Shown here in pieces: positions 36,382 through 44,634 of a DNA stretch of 64,000 nt. The notes beneath the pieces were generated by a model, which worked only from the letters and a program-made list of their open reading frames with translations, searched no databases and was not told where the DNA came from. The translations under genes and the position numbers were made by a program. Source of the stretch: an uncultured Bacteriovoracaceae bacterium (GTDB taxonomy: Bacteria > Bdellovibrionota > UBA1018); NCBI GenBank assembly GCA_964364175.1, contig CAYILR010000008.1:32001-96000 (forward strand), written 5' to 3'. Position 1 is the first letter of the stretch; each line of letters begins with the position of its first letter.

Positions 36382-36606
36382 ATGGCGAAGCGTGTTGAGA
36401 TCCTCCAATCCGACGTGGACCGTGAAGCCTTCGTCAAGGCAGTGATTCAAGCTGCCAAGGACGAGCTTACGGTCTTGGAAGGCGCCTTCGACACCTGGTC
36501 TCCCGAGATCGAAGGATGGGACGCTGCGTACAAGGCCATTGAGGACCTTGTGGACGTGCACATCCCTGGTGGCGTGTTCAAGAAGAAGGGCAGGATGACC
36601 CCATGA
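36382..36606 (+). CDS. hypothetical protein
   Basis: 74-codon ORF that starts 4 nt after the upstream stop. Confidence 0.5.
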   Translation: MAKRVEILQSDVDREAFVKAVIQAAKDELTVLEGAFDTWSPEIEGWDAAYKAIEDLVDVHIPGGVFKKKGRMTP

Positions 36607-36989
36607 GCGAAGCACAGTTCAACACGATGCTGACCGAGATCGAGAAGCAGATCGACTCCATGGACGAGAACCCTCCGCACATCCGCACGCGAGTCCTGTT
36701 CTTCCAGGCCATGGCCAAGCTCCTCGACGCCGACCGCTACATCAAGCCCGTCTACTCCCCGGTGAGGCTGGCCGTGGCCTGCATGACGATCAAGGTCTCT
36801 GTTCCTTCGGGAGTGGAGGAACAGACCATCGAAAACATGGTCCGCGTCATGGCGAAGGGCGCCGCCAAGGGCGTCATCCTCTACGCCAAGCGCGTTGCCT
36901 TGGTCGCGGAGTTGGACCTCATCAGCATCGTCGACGACATCATCGCAGCGGCCTTGAAGGACGTGAACGTCAAATTGGAGCTTTCATGA
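36603..36989 (+). CDS. hypothetical protein
   Basis: 128-codon ORF with ATGA overlaps on both sides, directly upstream of rtcB. Confidence 0.5.
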   Translation: MSEAQFNTMLTEIEKQIDSMDENPPHIRTRVLFFQAMAKLLDADRYIKPVYSPVRLAVACMTIKVSVPSGVEEQTIENMVRVMAKGAAKGVILYAKRVALVAELDLISIVDDIIAAALKDVNVKLELS

Positions 36990-38212
36990 GCGGACCTGAG
37001 ATTCTCGACGAGGGCGGCGCACCCATCTACGCCTGGACCAAAGGTGTGGAGCGCGAGGCGAGCGCGATGGAGCAGGTGGCGAAGCTGTCGAGGCTCCCCA
37101 TCATCCACGATCACGTCGCAATCATGGCAGATATGCACATGGGCATCGGCGCGACGGTGGGCTCGGTCATCGCAACCAAGGGCGCGATCATTCCAAGCGC
37201 AGTCGGCGTCGACATTGGGTGCGGCGTCATAGCTACTCGCACGAGCTTGAAGGCGAGCGACCTGCCCGAGAGCCTCGGAGGTCTACGTTCTGCGATCGAG
37301 CGCGCGGTGCCCCACGGCCGCACCTCCAATGGCGTCGCCGGCCAGGACCGGGGAGCCTGGGGTTCGCTGCCTGGGCCGGTTGATGCCGCCTGGAAGGCAG
37401 GACTCCACGATCGCTGGCAGGCCGTCGTCGACAAGCACCCGAAGGCCGCCGCCAAGAACACCGTTCACCAGCTTGGAACTCTTGGAACGGGCAATCACTT
37501 CGTTGAGGTCTGCCTCGACGAGGAACAGCACGTCTGGGTGATGTTGCACTCGGGGTCGCGCGGGCTCGGCAACCGCTTCGGTGAATACTTCATCGAGCTT
37601 GCCAAGGAGGACATGGGTCACCTGATCCACAACCTCCCGGACAAGGACCTGGCGTACCTCGCCGAGGGCACCGAGCACTTCAAGGACTACGTCGAGGCCG
37701 TCTCGATGGCCCAGGACTTCGCGCGCGTGAACCGCGAGATCATGATGGACCGGACCCTCGGCGCCCTGCGCAACTCCGGTGTGCTTCCGCCGTTCCAGTG
37801 GAAGTTGGAAACCACGAACTGCCACCACAACTATGTACAGAAGGAAACTCACCTTGGTGAGGAGGTCTTCATCACCCGCAAGGGCGCCGTCCGGGCTGGC
37901 CTCGGCGACATGGGGATAATCCCCGGCGCAATGGGCCGAAAAAGTTTCATCGTGCGGGGCAAGGGCTGCGCAGAGGCGTTCCACTCGTGCTCCCACGGCG
38001 CGGGCCGGAAGATGAGCCGCACGCAGGCGAAAAAGACCTTCACGTTGGAGGACCACGTCAAAGCGACCGAGGGTGTCGAGTGCCGCAAGGACGCCGACGT
38101 CATTGACGAGACGCCGATGGCCTACAAGGACATCGACGCCGTCATGGCCGCGCAGAGCGACCTCGTCGAGATCGTCCATACCCTCCAGGCCGTCGTTTGC
38201 GTGAAGGGTTGA
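36986..38212 (+). CDS. rtcB: RtcB-family RNA 3'-phosphate/5'-OH ligase
   Basis: MADMHMGIGATVGSV, AVGVDIGCG, GTLGTGNHFVE, HSGSRGLG, CHHNY and SCSHGAGR match conserved RtcB metal and GMP-histidine motifs. Confidence 0.9.
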   Translation: MSGPEILDEGGAPIYAWTKGVEREASAMEQVAKLSRLPIIHDHVAIMADMHMGIGATVGSVIATKGAIIPSAVGVDIGCGVIATRTSLKASDLPESLGGLRSAIERAVPHGRTSNGVAGQDRGAWGSLPGPVDAAWKAGLHDRWQAVVDKHPKAAAKNTVHQLGTLGTGNHFVEVCLDEEQHVWVMLHSGSRGLGNRFGEYFIELAKEDMGHLIHNLPDKDLAYLAEGTEHFKDYVEAVSMAQDFARVNREIMMDRTLGALRNSGVLPPFQWKLETTNCHHNYVQKETHLGEEVFITRKGAVRAGLGDMGIIPGAMGRKSFIVRGKGCAEAFHSCSHGAGRKMSRTQAKKTFTLEDHVKATEGVECRKDADVIDETPMAYKDIDAVMAAQSDLVEIVHTLQAVVCVKG

Positions 38213-38214
38213 GC

Positions 38215-39078
38215 ATGTTTTGGGTGCTCAACTCAAACCTGTATCGTGAACGGGGCTACGACCGGCTGATGGAGATTCTGCCGCGTATGGGCATCCGCTT
38301 CGCCACGGTGAAGACGGTGCCCATGACCGATCGCCTCATGCCCGCCGACGCCGACACGTTCGCAATGACGGCCGAGGAGCAGGAGAATTGCCCAGAGCCG
38401 TTCATTGACACGAGCGGCGCTGTCCTCATCTGTGGCTCGTACACGCTGGCCAAGATCGCCGTGAAGCGTGGCTGGAAGCCTGGCGCGTTCATCGACAACC
38501 TCGACTACGTCACGATGGCGTCCAAGCTGCCGGCCGACTGGCTCTTGAACCCTGACGCCACCATCCTGCCGTTCAAGGACGTGCGCATCGAGACCGACAA
38601 GTTCATCCGCCCCGTCGAGGACAGCAAGGTCTTCTCCGGCCGCGTCTACAAGCCCGAGGAGTGGGCCGACTTCCATGCCGGTGCCCTCAAGGCCCTCGAC
38701 GTCGATGGGGGCGTCCCAGGCTTCACGCTCGACGTCAACACGCCCGTCATCGTCTCGGCTCCGGTGGAAATCTTCACCGAGACCCGGTTCTTCGTCGTCG
38801 ACGGCAAGGTGGTGACGCATGGGCGCTACAAGCGGGGCAACCGCGTCGTCGGTCACATCGTCAACGACCCGGCCGATCCGCACGTCATCGAACACGCCCA
38901 GCGTGTGGCGGACTTCTGGCAACCGCAGCCCGCCTTTGTCGTCGACATTGCCGAGACGCCGGAGGGCTTGAAGATCGTCGAGTACAACAGCCTGACGTGC
39001 GCCGGTTTCTATGGCGCCGACGTCCAAGCCCTGGTCATGGCGCTGGAAGACCTAGGCTCGCGCTATGAAGGGGGCTGA
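38215..39078 (+). CDS. ATP-grasp fold protein (phage R2K-like, tentative)
   Basis: FIRPVEDSKVFSG, ETRFFVVDGKVVTHGRY and FVVDIAETPEGLKIVEYNSLTCAGFYG follow the ATP-grasp pattern. The ATG lies 3 nt after the rtcB stop. Confidence 0.5.
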   Translation: MFWVLNSNLYRERGYDRLMEILPRMGIRFATVKTVPMTDRLMPADADTFAMTAEEQENCPEPFIDTSGAVLICGSYTLAKIAVKRGWKPGAFIDNLDYVTMASKLPADWLLNPDATILPFKDVRIETDKFIRPVEDSKVFSGRVYKPEEWADFHAGALKALDVDGGVPGFTLDVNTPVIVSAPVEIFTETRFFVVDGKVVTHGRYKRGNRVVGHIVNDPADPHVIEHAQRVADFWQPQPAFVVDIAETPEGLKIVEYNSLTCAGFYGADVQALVMALEDLGSRYEGG

Positions 39079-39082
39079 GACG

Positions 39083-39556
39083 ATGGCTTCCTGGTGGCCC
39101 TTCTCCAAGAAGACCGACCCGTTCGTCGAGCAAGTCATCCAGAGCTTGGCGACGAACCCGGATTTGTGGACCTTGGAAGAGACCAAGGAGGTCGAGCGCT
39201 GGGAGGAGTGCGACAAGAGCCAACCGGAAGCTCGGAAGTCGGGCCGGGAGCGCTGGAACTACAGCCTCTATGAGCCCACCTACGAGTGCCCGATCTGGCG
39301 GCCTGTCTTTCGCCTCAAGCACACGGGTGGAACCATCGTCTTGTACGACCGCGACGCTAAGAACTACGAGGGCTGGATCATCGAGGTGCCGAGGCACGCG
39401 CCGATCTCGGACCGAGACTCCACCAAGCTCTCCAGAGCCGTGAAGAAGTGGCGCGAGTTCATGCTGGCGCACGATCTGACCAAGCACCTCCCGGAACAAC
39501 GGCTGCTGGCTGCCGCGATGACGGAACTGGAAGCAGACCTCAGAGAGAAAGCATGA
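39083..39556 (+). CDS. hypothetical protein
   Basis: ATG at 39083 preceded by AAGGGGG; an in-frame alternative ATG exists at 39065. Confidence 0.5.
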   Translation: MASWWPFSKKTDPFVEQVIQSLATNPDLWTLEETKEVERWEECDKSQPEARKSGRERWNYSLYEPTYECPIWRPVFRLKHTGGTIVLYDRDAKNYEGWIIEVPRHAPISDRDSTKLSRAVKKWREFMLAHDLTKHLPEQRLLAAAMTELEADLREKA

Positions 39557-39837
39557 CCACCGAACAGCGCTACGAAGCCCTCATCCAAGCCTACCGCGAC
39601 CACAAGGCGCCGAAGCGAAGCACCCTCCCTCAGGGTCAAAACAAGGTTGCCCAACAAATCCAACGGGAGCTTTTCCTTCTGGCCGCGCAACGATTCATCG
39701 ACGACACAAGCAGCGCCAGCAAGTGGGCCTTGAACCTTTGCACCGAGACCGTCATGCGCACCGCGCTGACCAAGTTCTACGGACGAAGTCTTCGGACGAA
39801 GTCTTCGGACGAAGACGTAACTGCCAAACTCACTTGA
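39553..39837 (+). CDS. hypothetical protein
   Basis: The ATG at 39553 overlaps the upstream stop as ATGA. A 13-nt tandem repeat lies near the 3' end. Confidence 0.5.
   Translation: MTTEQRYEALIQAYRDHKAPKRSTLPQGQNKVAQQIQRELFLLAAQRFIDDTSSASKWALNLCTETVMRTALTKFYGRSLRTKSSDEDVTAKLT
39781..39814 (+). repeat. 13-nt tandem repeat (ggacgaagtcttc, about 2.6 copies)
   Basis: Read directly: ggacgaagtcttc ggacgaagtcttc ggacgaag. Confidence 0.8.
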
Positions 39838-39893
39838 CAACTCCAGCAGATTTCTGCTTTGCTGGCGTCCCCACCAACCGGAGGCAACTACCA

Positions 39894-40559
39894 ATGCCGA
39901 GTATCTTCGTTCAGTCTGACGGCCCGATCCTCATCGACGACGTGTCCTGCCCGATCATCGTCCAGAACATCGAGGCCAAGAAAGCCTGGGTTGCGAAAGA
40001 CCTTCACGACGCGGCTCAGTTCTCGGGCATCCCCCGTGAGGAGATCGTCGCCCTCGCCGACGCCGGCAAGGACAACGAGAAGGACGGCTTCCGCTTCGTC
40101 TGGCCGACGCTCAAGGAAGTGAAGAAGCACTGGACCTATCCGGTCCGCAAGCCGGGCTCAAAGGCGCAGTTCGCCATCGCGGTTCCCGTCGAAGTCACGC
40201 TGGTCCCGCGGCCGGGCACCAAGAAGCGCGACAAGCTCTACTACCGCTCCATCACGTCGATGTGCCACGGCTGGTCGATCTCGAAAGAGACCTTCGACAA
40301 GATCGCCAACCAACACCTCGGCTGGCAAGACTCCCTGCCGAAGATGATGGCTTCCATCCGCACCGGCGTGAAGATGCCGAAGAACTACCTCACCGAGGGC
40401 GAGGTGACAGATGGCGCCTTGTTCGTGGTCAAGGAGACCAAGCGAGGCATCTTCATCGACGCCACCGCCCTCAATGGCCGGCGTTTCGGCCGCATCCAAG
40501 ACGTCCCCGCCACCGTGCTCGCCTTCTCGGATTGGGCGAGTGCCCGCAAGCGCGCCTGA
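39894..40559 (+). CDS. hypothetical protein
   Basis: ATG at 39894 preceded by CCGGAGG; 221 codons. Confidence 0.55.
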   Translation: MPSIFVQSDGPILIDDVSCPIIVQNIEAKKAWVAKDLHDAAQFSGIPREEIVALADAGKDNEKDGFRFVWPTLKEVKKHWTYPVRKPGSKAQFAIAVPVEVTLVPRPGTKKRDKLYYRSITSMCHGWSISKETFDKIANQHLGWQDSLPKMMASIRTGVKMPKNYLTEGEVTDGALFVVKETKRGIFIDATALNGRRFGRIQDVPATVLAFSDWASARKRA

Positions 40560-40615
40560 GCGCTTTCAAGCGGAGTCGATCCGACGCCCGAAGCCACGAT
40601 AACAGGAGCCCCCAC

Positions 40616-41422
40616 ATGCGTCTGAAAGCACCCAAGAAGAAGAAGACTGGCCCGTACACCATCACCGACAAAGGCATTGTCTATATTGTCGATGGTACCC
40701 GCACCACACCAGTGGTGAATGGCAAAGGCGAATTCTATCCGTCCACACAATCAGCGGGGAAAGCGTACAAGGTCCATTCGACGGCCATCACATTTGTCAT
40801 TCGCCGTGGTAAAGGTACCTCGGCGGGACAGACCTGGAGGCGAGCTTCCGTGGAGGAGTGTGCGACTAACGGCTTCCCACCCAAGCGCGGCTCGAAGGGC
40901 AAGCGCTCGAAGGGACCGCAGAGCCTACCCAAGCAGGAGATCAAAGCCGGTCTTTCGGTCGTCCAGATCAAAAACGGCAAGGTGAAGTTGTCAGACCGAA
41001 GGATCCCAGTCATCAGCGACCAGGGCGAGTTCTACACCTCCGGCCGGGAGGCTTCCCACGCTTTGGGCATGAAAAGCACTGCCGCCGTCGCCAAGTCGCT
41101 GTCCGATGGACAAGCTGTAGGAGGCCGGATCTGGCGTTACGCAACCAACACCGAGGTCATGGCCCACGGCATCAAATCAGAGGTCAAAGAACAACCGACG
41201 CTGATCGAGGTTCCCTACAAGGAACCGCCGCGCAAGCACAAGCCGACCAAACAGGGGGCAGCGCAGCGCTCGAAGGTCGACGCGGCGTTTTACGGGGTAC
41301 GCTGGCCCGATGGCGCCGTGACCCTCCGCGCCAACCACGGGTCAACCTGGACGATGACCCGTATGTCCGAGACAGACATCCCGAAGGAAATACTCACAGA
41401 GACGGTCTGGGTTAGCACATGA
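40616..41422 (+). CDS. DNA-binding-like protein with two NUMOD1-like repeats (tentative)
   Basis: ATG at 40616 preceded by AACAGGAG. Contains the repeats GEFYPSTQSAGKAYKVHSTAITFVIRRGKG and GEFYTSGREASHALGMKSTAAVAKSLSDGQ. Confidence 0.45.
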   Translation: MRLKAPKKKKTGPYTITDKGIVYIVDGTRTTPVVNGKGEFYPSTQSAGKAYKVHSTAITFVIRRGKGTSAGQTWRRASVEECATNGFPPKRGSKGKRSKGPQSLPKQEIKAGLSVVQIKNGKVKLSDRRIPVISDQGEFYTSGREASHALGMKSTAAVAKSLSDGQAVGGRIWRYATNTEVMAHGIKSEVKEQPTLIEVPYKEPPRKHKPTKQGAAQRSKVDAAFYGVRWPDGAVTLRANHGSTWTMTRMSETDIPKEILTETVWVST

Positions 41423-41441
41423 GGCGACGGAGGAGATCGCG

Positions 41442-41606
41442 ATGAGTGACGAGACGAGACAAGCTCTCGGCGAATGTCTAGCCAACTCAGTCGCTTCTCA
41501 TCCTGGTTTCGAGAACTGGCTGCAACGACTCAGCGCAGCCGATGTAGATCCCAAGCTACTTGCGGCTATCGACAAGATTTCAAAGATGGGCAAGGAGAGT
41601 AAATGA
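41442..41606 (+). CDS. 54-aa hypothetical protein
   Basis: ATG preceded by GGAGGAGA, and the stop overlaps the next ATG as ATGA. Hand translation begins MSDETRQALGECLANSVASHPGFENWLQRLSAADVDPKLLAAIDKISKMGKESK. Confidence 0.4.
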   Translation: MSDETRQALGECLANSVASHPGFENWLQRLSAADVDPKLLAAIDKISKMGKESK

Positions 41607-42142
41607 CCCAACAGCAGATATTCACCAAATTCCCCGGCTACATCCTGTTCGCCATTGTCGACGATCCAGCGCAGAAGCCGGGCTGGGACATCCTCGACGT
41701 CATCATCGCGGACCGGGTGGAGGGCCACTACGAGGCTGTTGGTGTCGCGCAAGGTTGCCCGAGCCGCGACAGCGGCAGCTACTCCGGCGGCTGGGCAGCC
41801 AGCCCACATGTCCTGGACGGCAACCGCAACTTCGTCGTCCGCAAGGCCCAGTTCCTCATGGGGCAGAAGGAGACGAACCTCGTCGAGGAGACGACCACCA
41901 AGGTCAGCAACGCCGAGAAGCGCGCCTGGGCCGCAGAGGAGGCCCTCAAGCCGGTGCGGTCAGACCTCGCCAGGGTCGAAGCCCGCCTCAAATCCATGGA
42001 GGAGGACCGCACGCGCGCCGCCGAGGAGCGCAAGGTCATCGTCGCGTCCAGAGACAAGCTCGAAGCTGACATGGCGAAGCTCAAGAAGATGCTCGGCGAG
42101 AAGACCGTCAACGACGTGCTCAACCCACCCACCAATGGCTGA
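41603..42142 (+). CDS. hypothetical protein with C-terminal coiled coil
   Basis: 179-codon ORF. Confidence 0.55.
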   Translation: MTQQQIFTKFPGYILFAIVDDPAQKPGWDILDVIIADRVEGHYEAVGVAQGCPSRDSGSYSGGWAASPHVLDGNRNFVVRKAQFLMGQKETNLVEETTTKVSNAEKRAWAAEEALKPVRSDLARVEARLKSMEEDRTRAAEERKVIVASRDKLEADMAKLKKMLGEKTVNDVLNPPTNG

Positions 42143-42425
42143 GTTCAAGAGCCACAAAGAGCCGGTGACTGAGGCGCAGATCGAGGTCGCCGACGAAGCC
42201 TTCAGCGTCGAGGTCAAACGTTTCTACGTCCCCGTCGTCATCAAGGCCAAGTGCCCGAACTGCGGCGCGGAGGTCAAGCACGACCTTCAAGGGCAGCACT
42301 ACCTCTCGTATCCGGCGTTCAACGCCATCGAGAAGGTCTACATGATGCACATCGTTGACAATGAGGGGTGCTGCGAGTTCTTCGTCAACGTGAGGCTCGG
42401 TTTCTCAGCTACAGTGGTGAAGTGA
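42135..42425 (+). CDS. hypothetical protein
   Basis: ATG at 42135 (MAEFKSHKEP) overlapping the upstream 3' end; contains CPNCG. Confidence 0.5.
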   Translation: MAEFKSHKEPVTEAQIEVADEAFSVEVKRFYVPVVIKAKCPNCGAEVKHDLQGQHYLSYPAFNAIEKVYMMHIVDNEGCCEFFVNVRLGFSATVVK

Positions 42426-42661
42426 TGACGCAAGGACGAACCGACTGGAGTATCCCCATCATCATCGTGGTCGCGGTGGTGGTCTTCGGCGGCATGTACT
42501 GGTTTCACACCAACTACCGCTGCACGTCGACACACATCGAGCAGCAAACGACCTGCGACACAGACACGTCGACGACCGGGTCAACATCAACCAAGTCGCG
42601 GCGCACAACCAACTGCCGGACTCGCCCCGTCGAGGTCTGCGACAACTGGGAATCGAGGTGA
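42425..42661 (+). CDS. small membrane protein
   Basis: ATG at 42425 overlapping the upstream stop; transmembrane segment IPIIIVVAVVVFGGMYWF. Confidence 0.45.
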   Translation: MTQGRTDWSIPIIIVVAVVVFGGMYWFHTNYRCTSTHIEQQTTCDTDTSTTGSTSTKSRRTTNCRTRPVEVCDNWESR

Positions 42662-43047
42662 CCGAGATCAAGCACGACCTCCAACAACACTACCTCGTCC
42701 ACGGCTTGGTCCTCGACGGCGACCTTGATCTCGACGCCAAGCGCCAATTCCACGGCGTCATCGGCGACATGATCATCGACGCCAAAGGTATGGTATCCGT
42801 CACGCTCGGCCGCGCGAACCCAGTGCGCATCCATCTCGGACAAGAGCCCATCATCGACCTCCTGCCGGGTGACTTCGTTGAGGGCCAGTACGTCGGCGGC
42901 CGGGCGGTCTCATTCACGCATGTCGAGCGCCAGGAGACCAGAACCCGAGTCATCTTCACGACGAAAGACCGGATGGGCCTCTGCACCTGCCCGCGCGAAT
43001 GGGTAGGCCCTCACGTCGATGAGTGTCCACTGAAGGAGACCCCGTGA
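42658..43047 (+). CDS. hypothetical protein
   Basis: The GTG start overlaps the upstream stop as GTGA; 129 codons. Confidence 0.5.
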   Translation: MTEIKHDLQQHYLVHGLVLDGDLDLDAKRQFHGVIGDMIIDAKGMVSVTLGRANPVRIHLGQEPIIDLLPGDFVEGQYVGGRAVSFTHVERQETRTRVIFTTKDRMGLCTCPREWVGPHVDECPLKETP

Positions 43048-43262
43048 CTATCCAAGACGCCGTGCAAACCGCTGTCGAGAACCTCAAGGCCGCTCAGAAG
43101 GCCGAGGAAGCCGCCCAGGCCAAGGTGGAGGAGGCGCGGGCTGCGACCAAGGATGCCAAGGAAGGCATCGCCAAGGTCTTCTTGGACCTCTACAACGCGC
43201 TGCCCACCGACGCCCGCAACAAGGTCCGCCAGGTCATCAACACGTCTTGGCCGACGTGTTGA
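43044..43262 (+). CDS. small coiled-coil protein
   Basis: GTG at 43044 preceded by GAAGGAGA, in a GTGA overlap. Its 3' end lies inside an 18-bp palindrome. Confidence 0.45.
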   Translation: MTIQDAVQTAVENLKAAQKAEEAAQAKVEEARAATKDAKEGIAKVFLDLYNALPTDARNKVRQVINTSWPTC

Positions 43263-43270
43263 TGACCTGG
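43229..43270. repeat. perfect 18-bp inverted repeat with a 6-nt spacer
   Basis: ccaggtcatcaacacgtc ttggcc gacgtgttgatgacctgg, checked base by base. No T-tract follows. Confidence 0.85.
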
Positions 43271-43298
43271 TCGAAGGTCCGAAAGGGGGCCCGGTAGA

Positions 43299-43820
43299 AT
43301 GAGTTACATCGGCACGTACCTGTTCGACGTCTTAGGCATGAAGCCCGAGGCCGCGATGGCCTACCTCAAGGGCTCGCTCATCGGCGACCGGTTCCGCCGC
43401 TTCCGCATCCAGATCGACAAGATCTACGACCCGGAGATCTACGACCTCGCCCCGCTTGAGGAGCCTGAGTACGGCCGCGTCACCTTCAGCTTGAAGAATG
43501 GCGTCATCACCAAGGCCCTCTGCGAGGGCTACGGCCACGAGCTTCACCGTCCGACGCCATGGCCCCCGCCTCCATCCGGCCTCAACCCTGGCGAGGTCTT
43601 CTTCCTCGGGGCGCCCGAGGTTTTCAAAGGCAACGGCATCAACCGACGCCGTGAGCTTCAGGTGGAGCCCGCTAACCCGCCCAAGGGCGGCTGGCGCATC
43701 GAGAACATCCAATCGTACTACTTCGTGGACCGAGGTCCTGATAAGCCCCCGCTCACGAACCTGCCTCCTCGGCCGCCGCCAAAACCAAAGATCGCCCCGG
43801 ACTTCGTCTACCTGGGATGA
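43299..43820 (+). CDS. hypothetical protein
   Basis: 173-codon ORF. Confidence 0.55.
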   Translation: MSYIGTYLFDVLGMKPEAAMAYLKGSLIGDRFRRFRIQIDKIYDPEIYDLAPLEEPEYGRVTFSLKNGVITKALCEGYGHELHRPTPWPPPPSGLNPGEVFFLGAPEVFKGNGINRRRELQVEPANPPKGGWRIENIQSYYFVDRGPDKPPLTNLPPRPPPKPKIAPDFVYLG

Positions 43821-43881
43821 CCTTTACCTTTGGTACTGAAGGAGCATATAGTGCTTATCGGTTCTACTTGGGGAGCCCTTC

Positions 43882-44421
43882 ATGGCGGTAAAAATCTCTG
43901 CGATGGCCGTCCTCCTGTCGGACGTGGTGGGACACAACTGGGGGTTTTTCAGCCGCGATGACGACCGGATGCACATTCAAACGGTCGACCGAGAATCTCT
44001 CAAAAACCCCAAGCTTCAAGCCAAGGTCTGGTTGGAAGCCCGCGGTGAGCGTGTCTTCGAGATCGAGGCGAATGGGGACTTGTCTGCAAAGGCGATCAAA
44101 GCGCTCTTTCAGGAAGTGAAGGACAACGAGGAGTACATCGAGCAGGAGTGGGTCAACTGGATGGCGGAGACAGGCAGGCTGGTGGTGAAGAAGCTGGGGG
44201 AAAAGGTTGGACTTTTTGCCTATCCGAAGACGCACAACCAGTACGAAGCCTACATCGACCTGAGAAGTGAGTTCCCCGGCGTAAAGGACTTCTCGACGTG
44301 GGTGGCATCCTACGATGGGGGTTCAGGGCTCTTGGCCATCGGTCCAGCAGCAAAAGACCAAGACCGCAGAAACCACATGGATCTTGTCCCTTTCCTCTTC
44401 AAAGGAAAGAGGCGGGCCTAA
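43882..44421 (+). CDS. DUF4160-like protein (paralog of 60613-61233)
   Basis: AVLLSDVVGHNWGFFSRDDDRMHIQT...AKVWLEARGERVFEIEANGDLSAKAIKALFQEVKDNEEYIEQEW aligns along its length with the 60613-61233 product. Confidence 0.5.
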   Translation: MAVKISAMAVLLSDVVGHNWGFFSRDDDRMHIQTVDRESLKNPKLQAKVWLEARGERVFEIEANGDLSAKAIKALFQEVKDNEEYIEQEWVNWMAETGRLVVKKLGEKVGLFAYPKTHNQYEAYIDLRSEFPGVKDFSTWVASYDGGSGLLAIGPAAKDQDRRNHMDLVPFLFKGKRRA

Positions 44422-44634
44422 CTCGTCGACCACGATGAGTGCTTCGAGTGCCGGGCCACCGACATAATCACCTTGAATGGGCCGCACGTCTGCCGCTCGG
44501 TGTCACCACAATTCGGCGGGTCATCGACCTGAACGGTCTGACCCGGCGACGCTGGACCAGAGACCAGGACATCCTCGACGACCTTCCCACAAGCCTCGCA
44601 CTTCACGTCAACGAGCTTGGCCATCGAAGCTCCG
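44418..44634 (-). CDS. small zinc-ribbon protein (tentative)
   Basis: ATG at 44634 (MAKLVDVKCEACGK...). The upstream part of the track ORF overlaps the preceding gene. Confidence 0.4.

Noticed and set aside
35494-36615. 373-codon minus-strand ORF
   Set aside because: It is antisense to a coupled run of plus-strand genes, and its composition is that of a shadow ORF.
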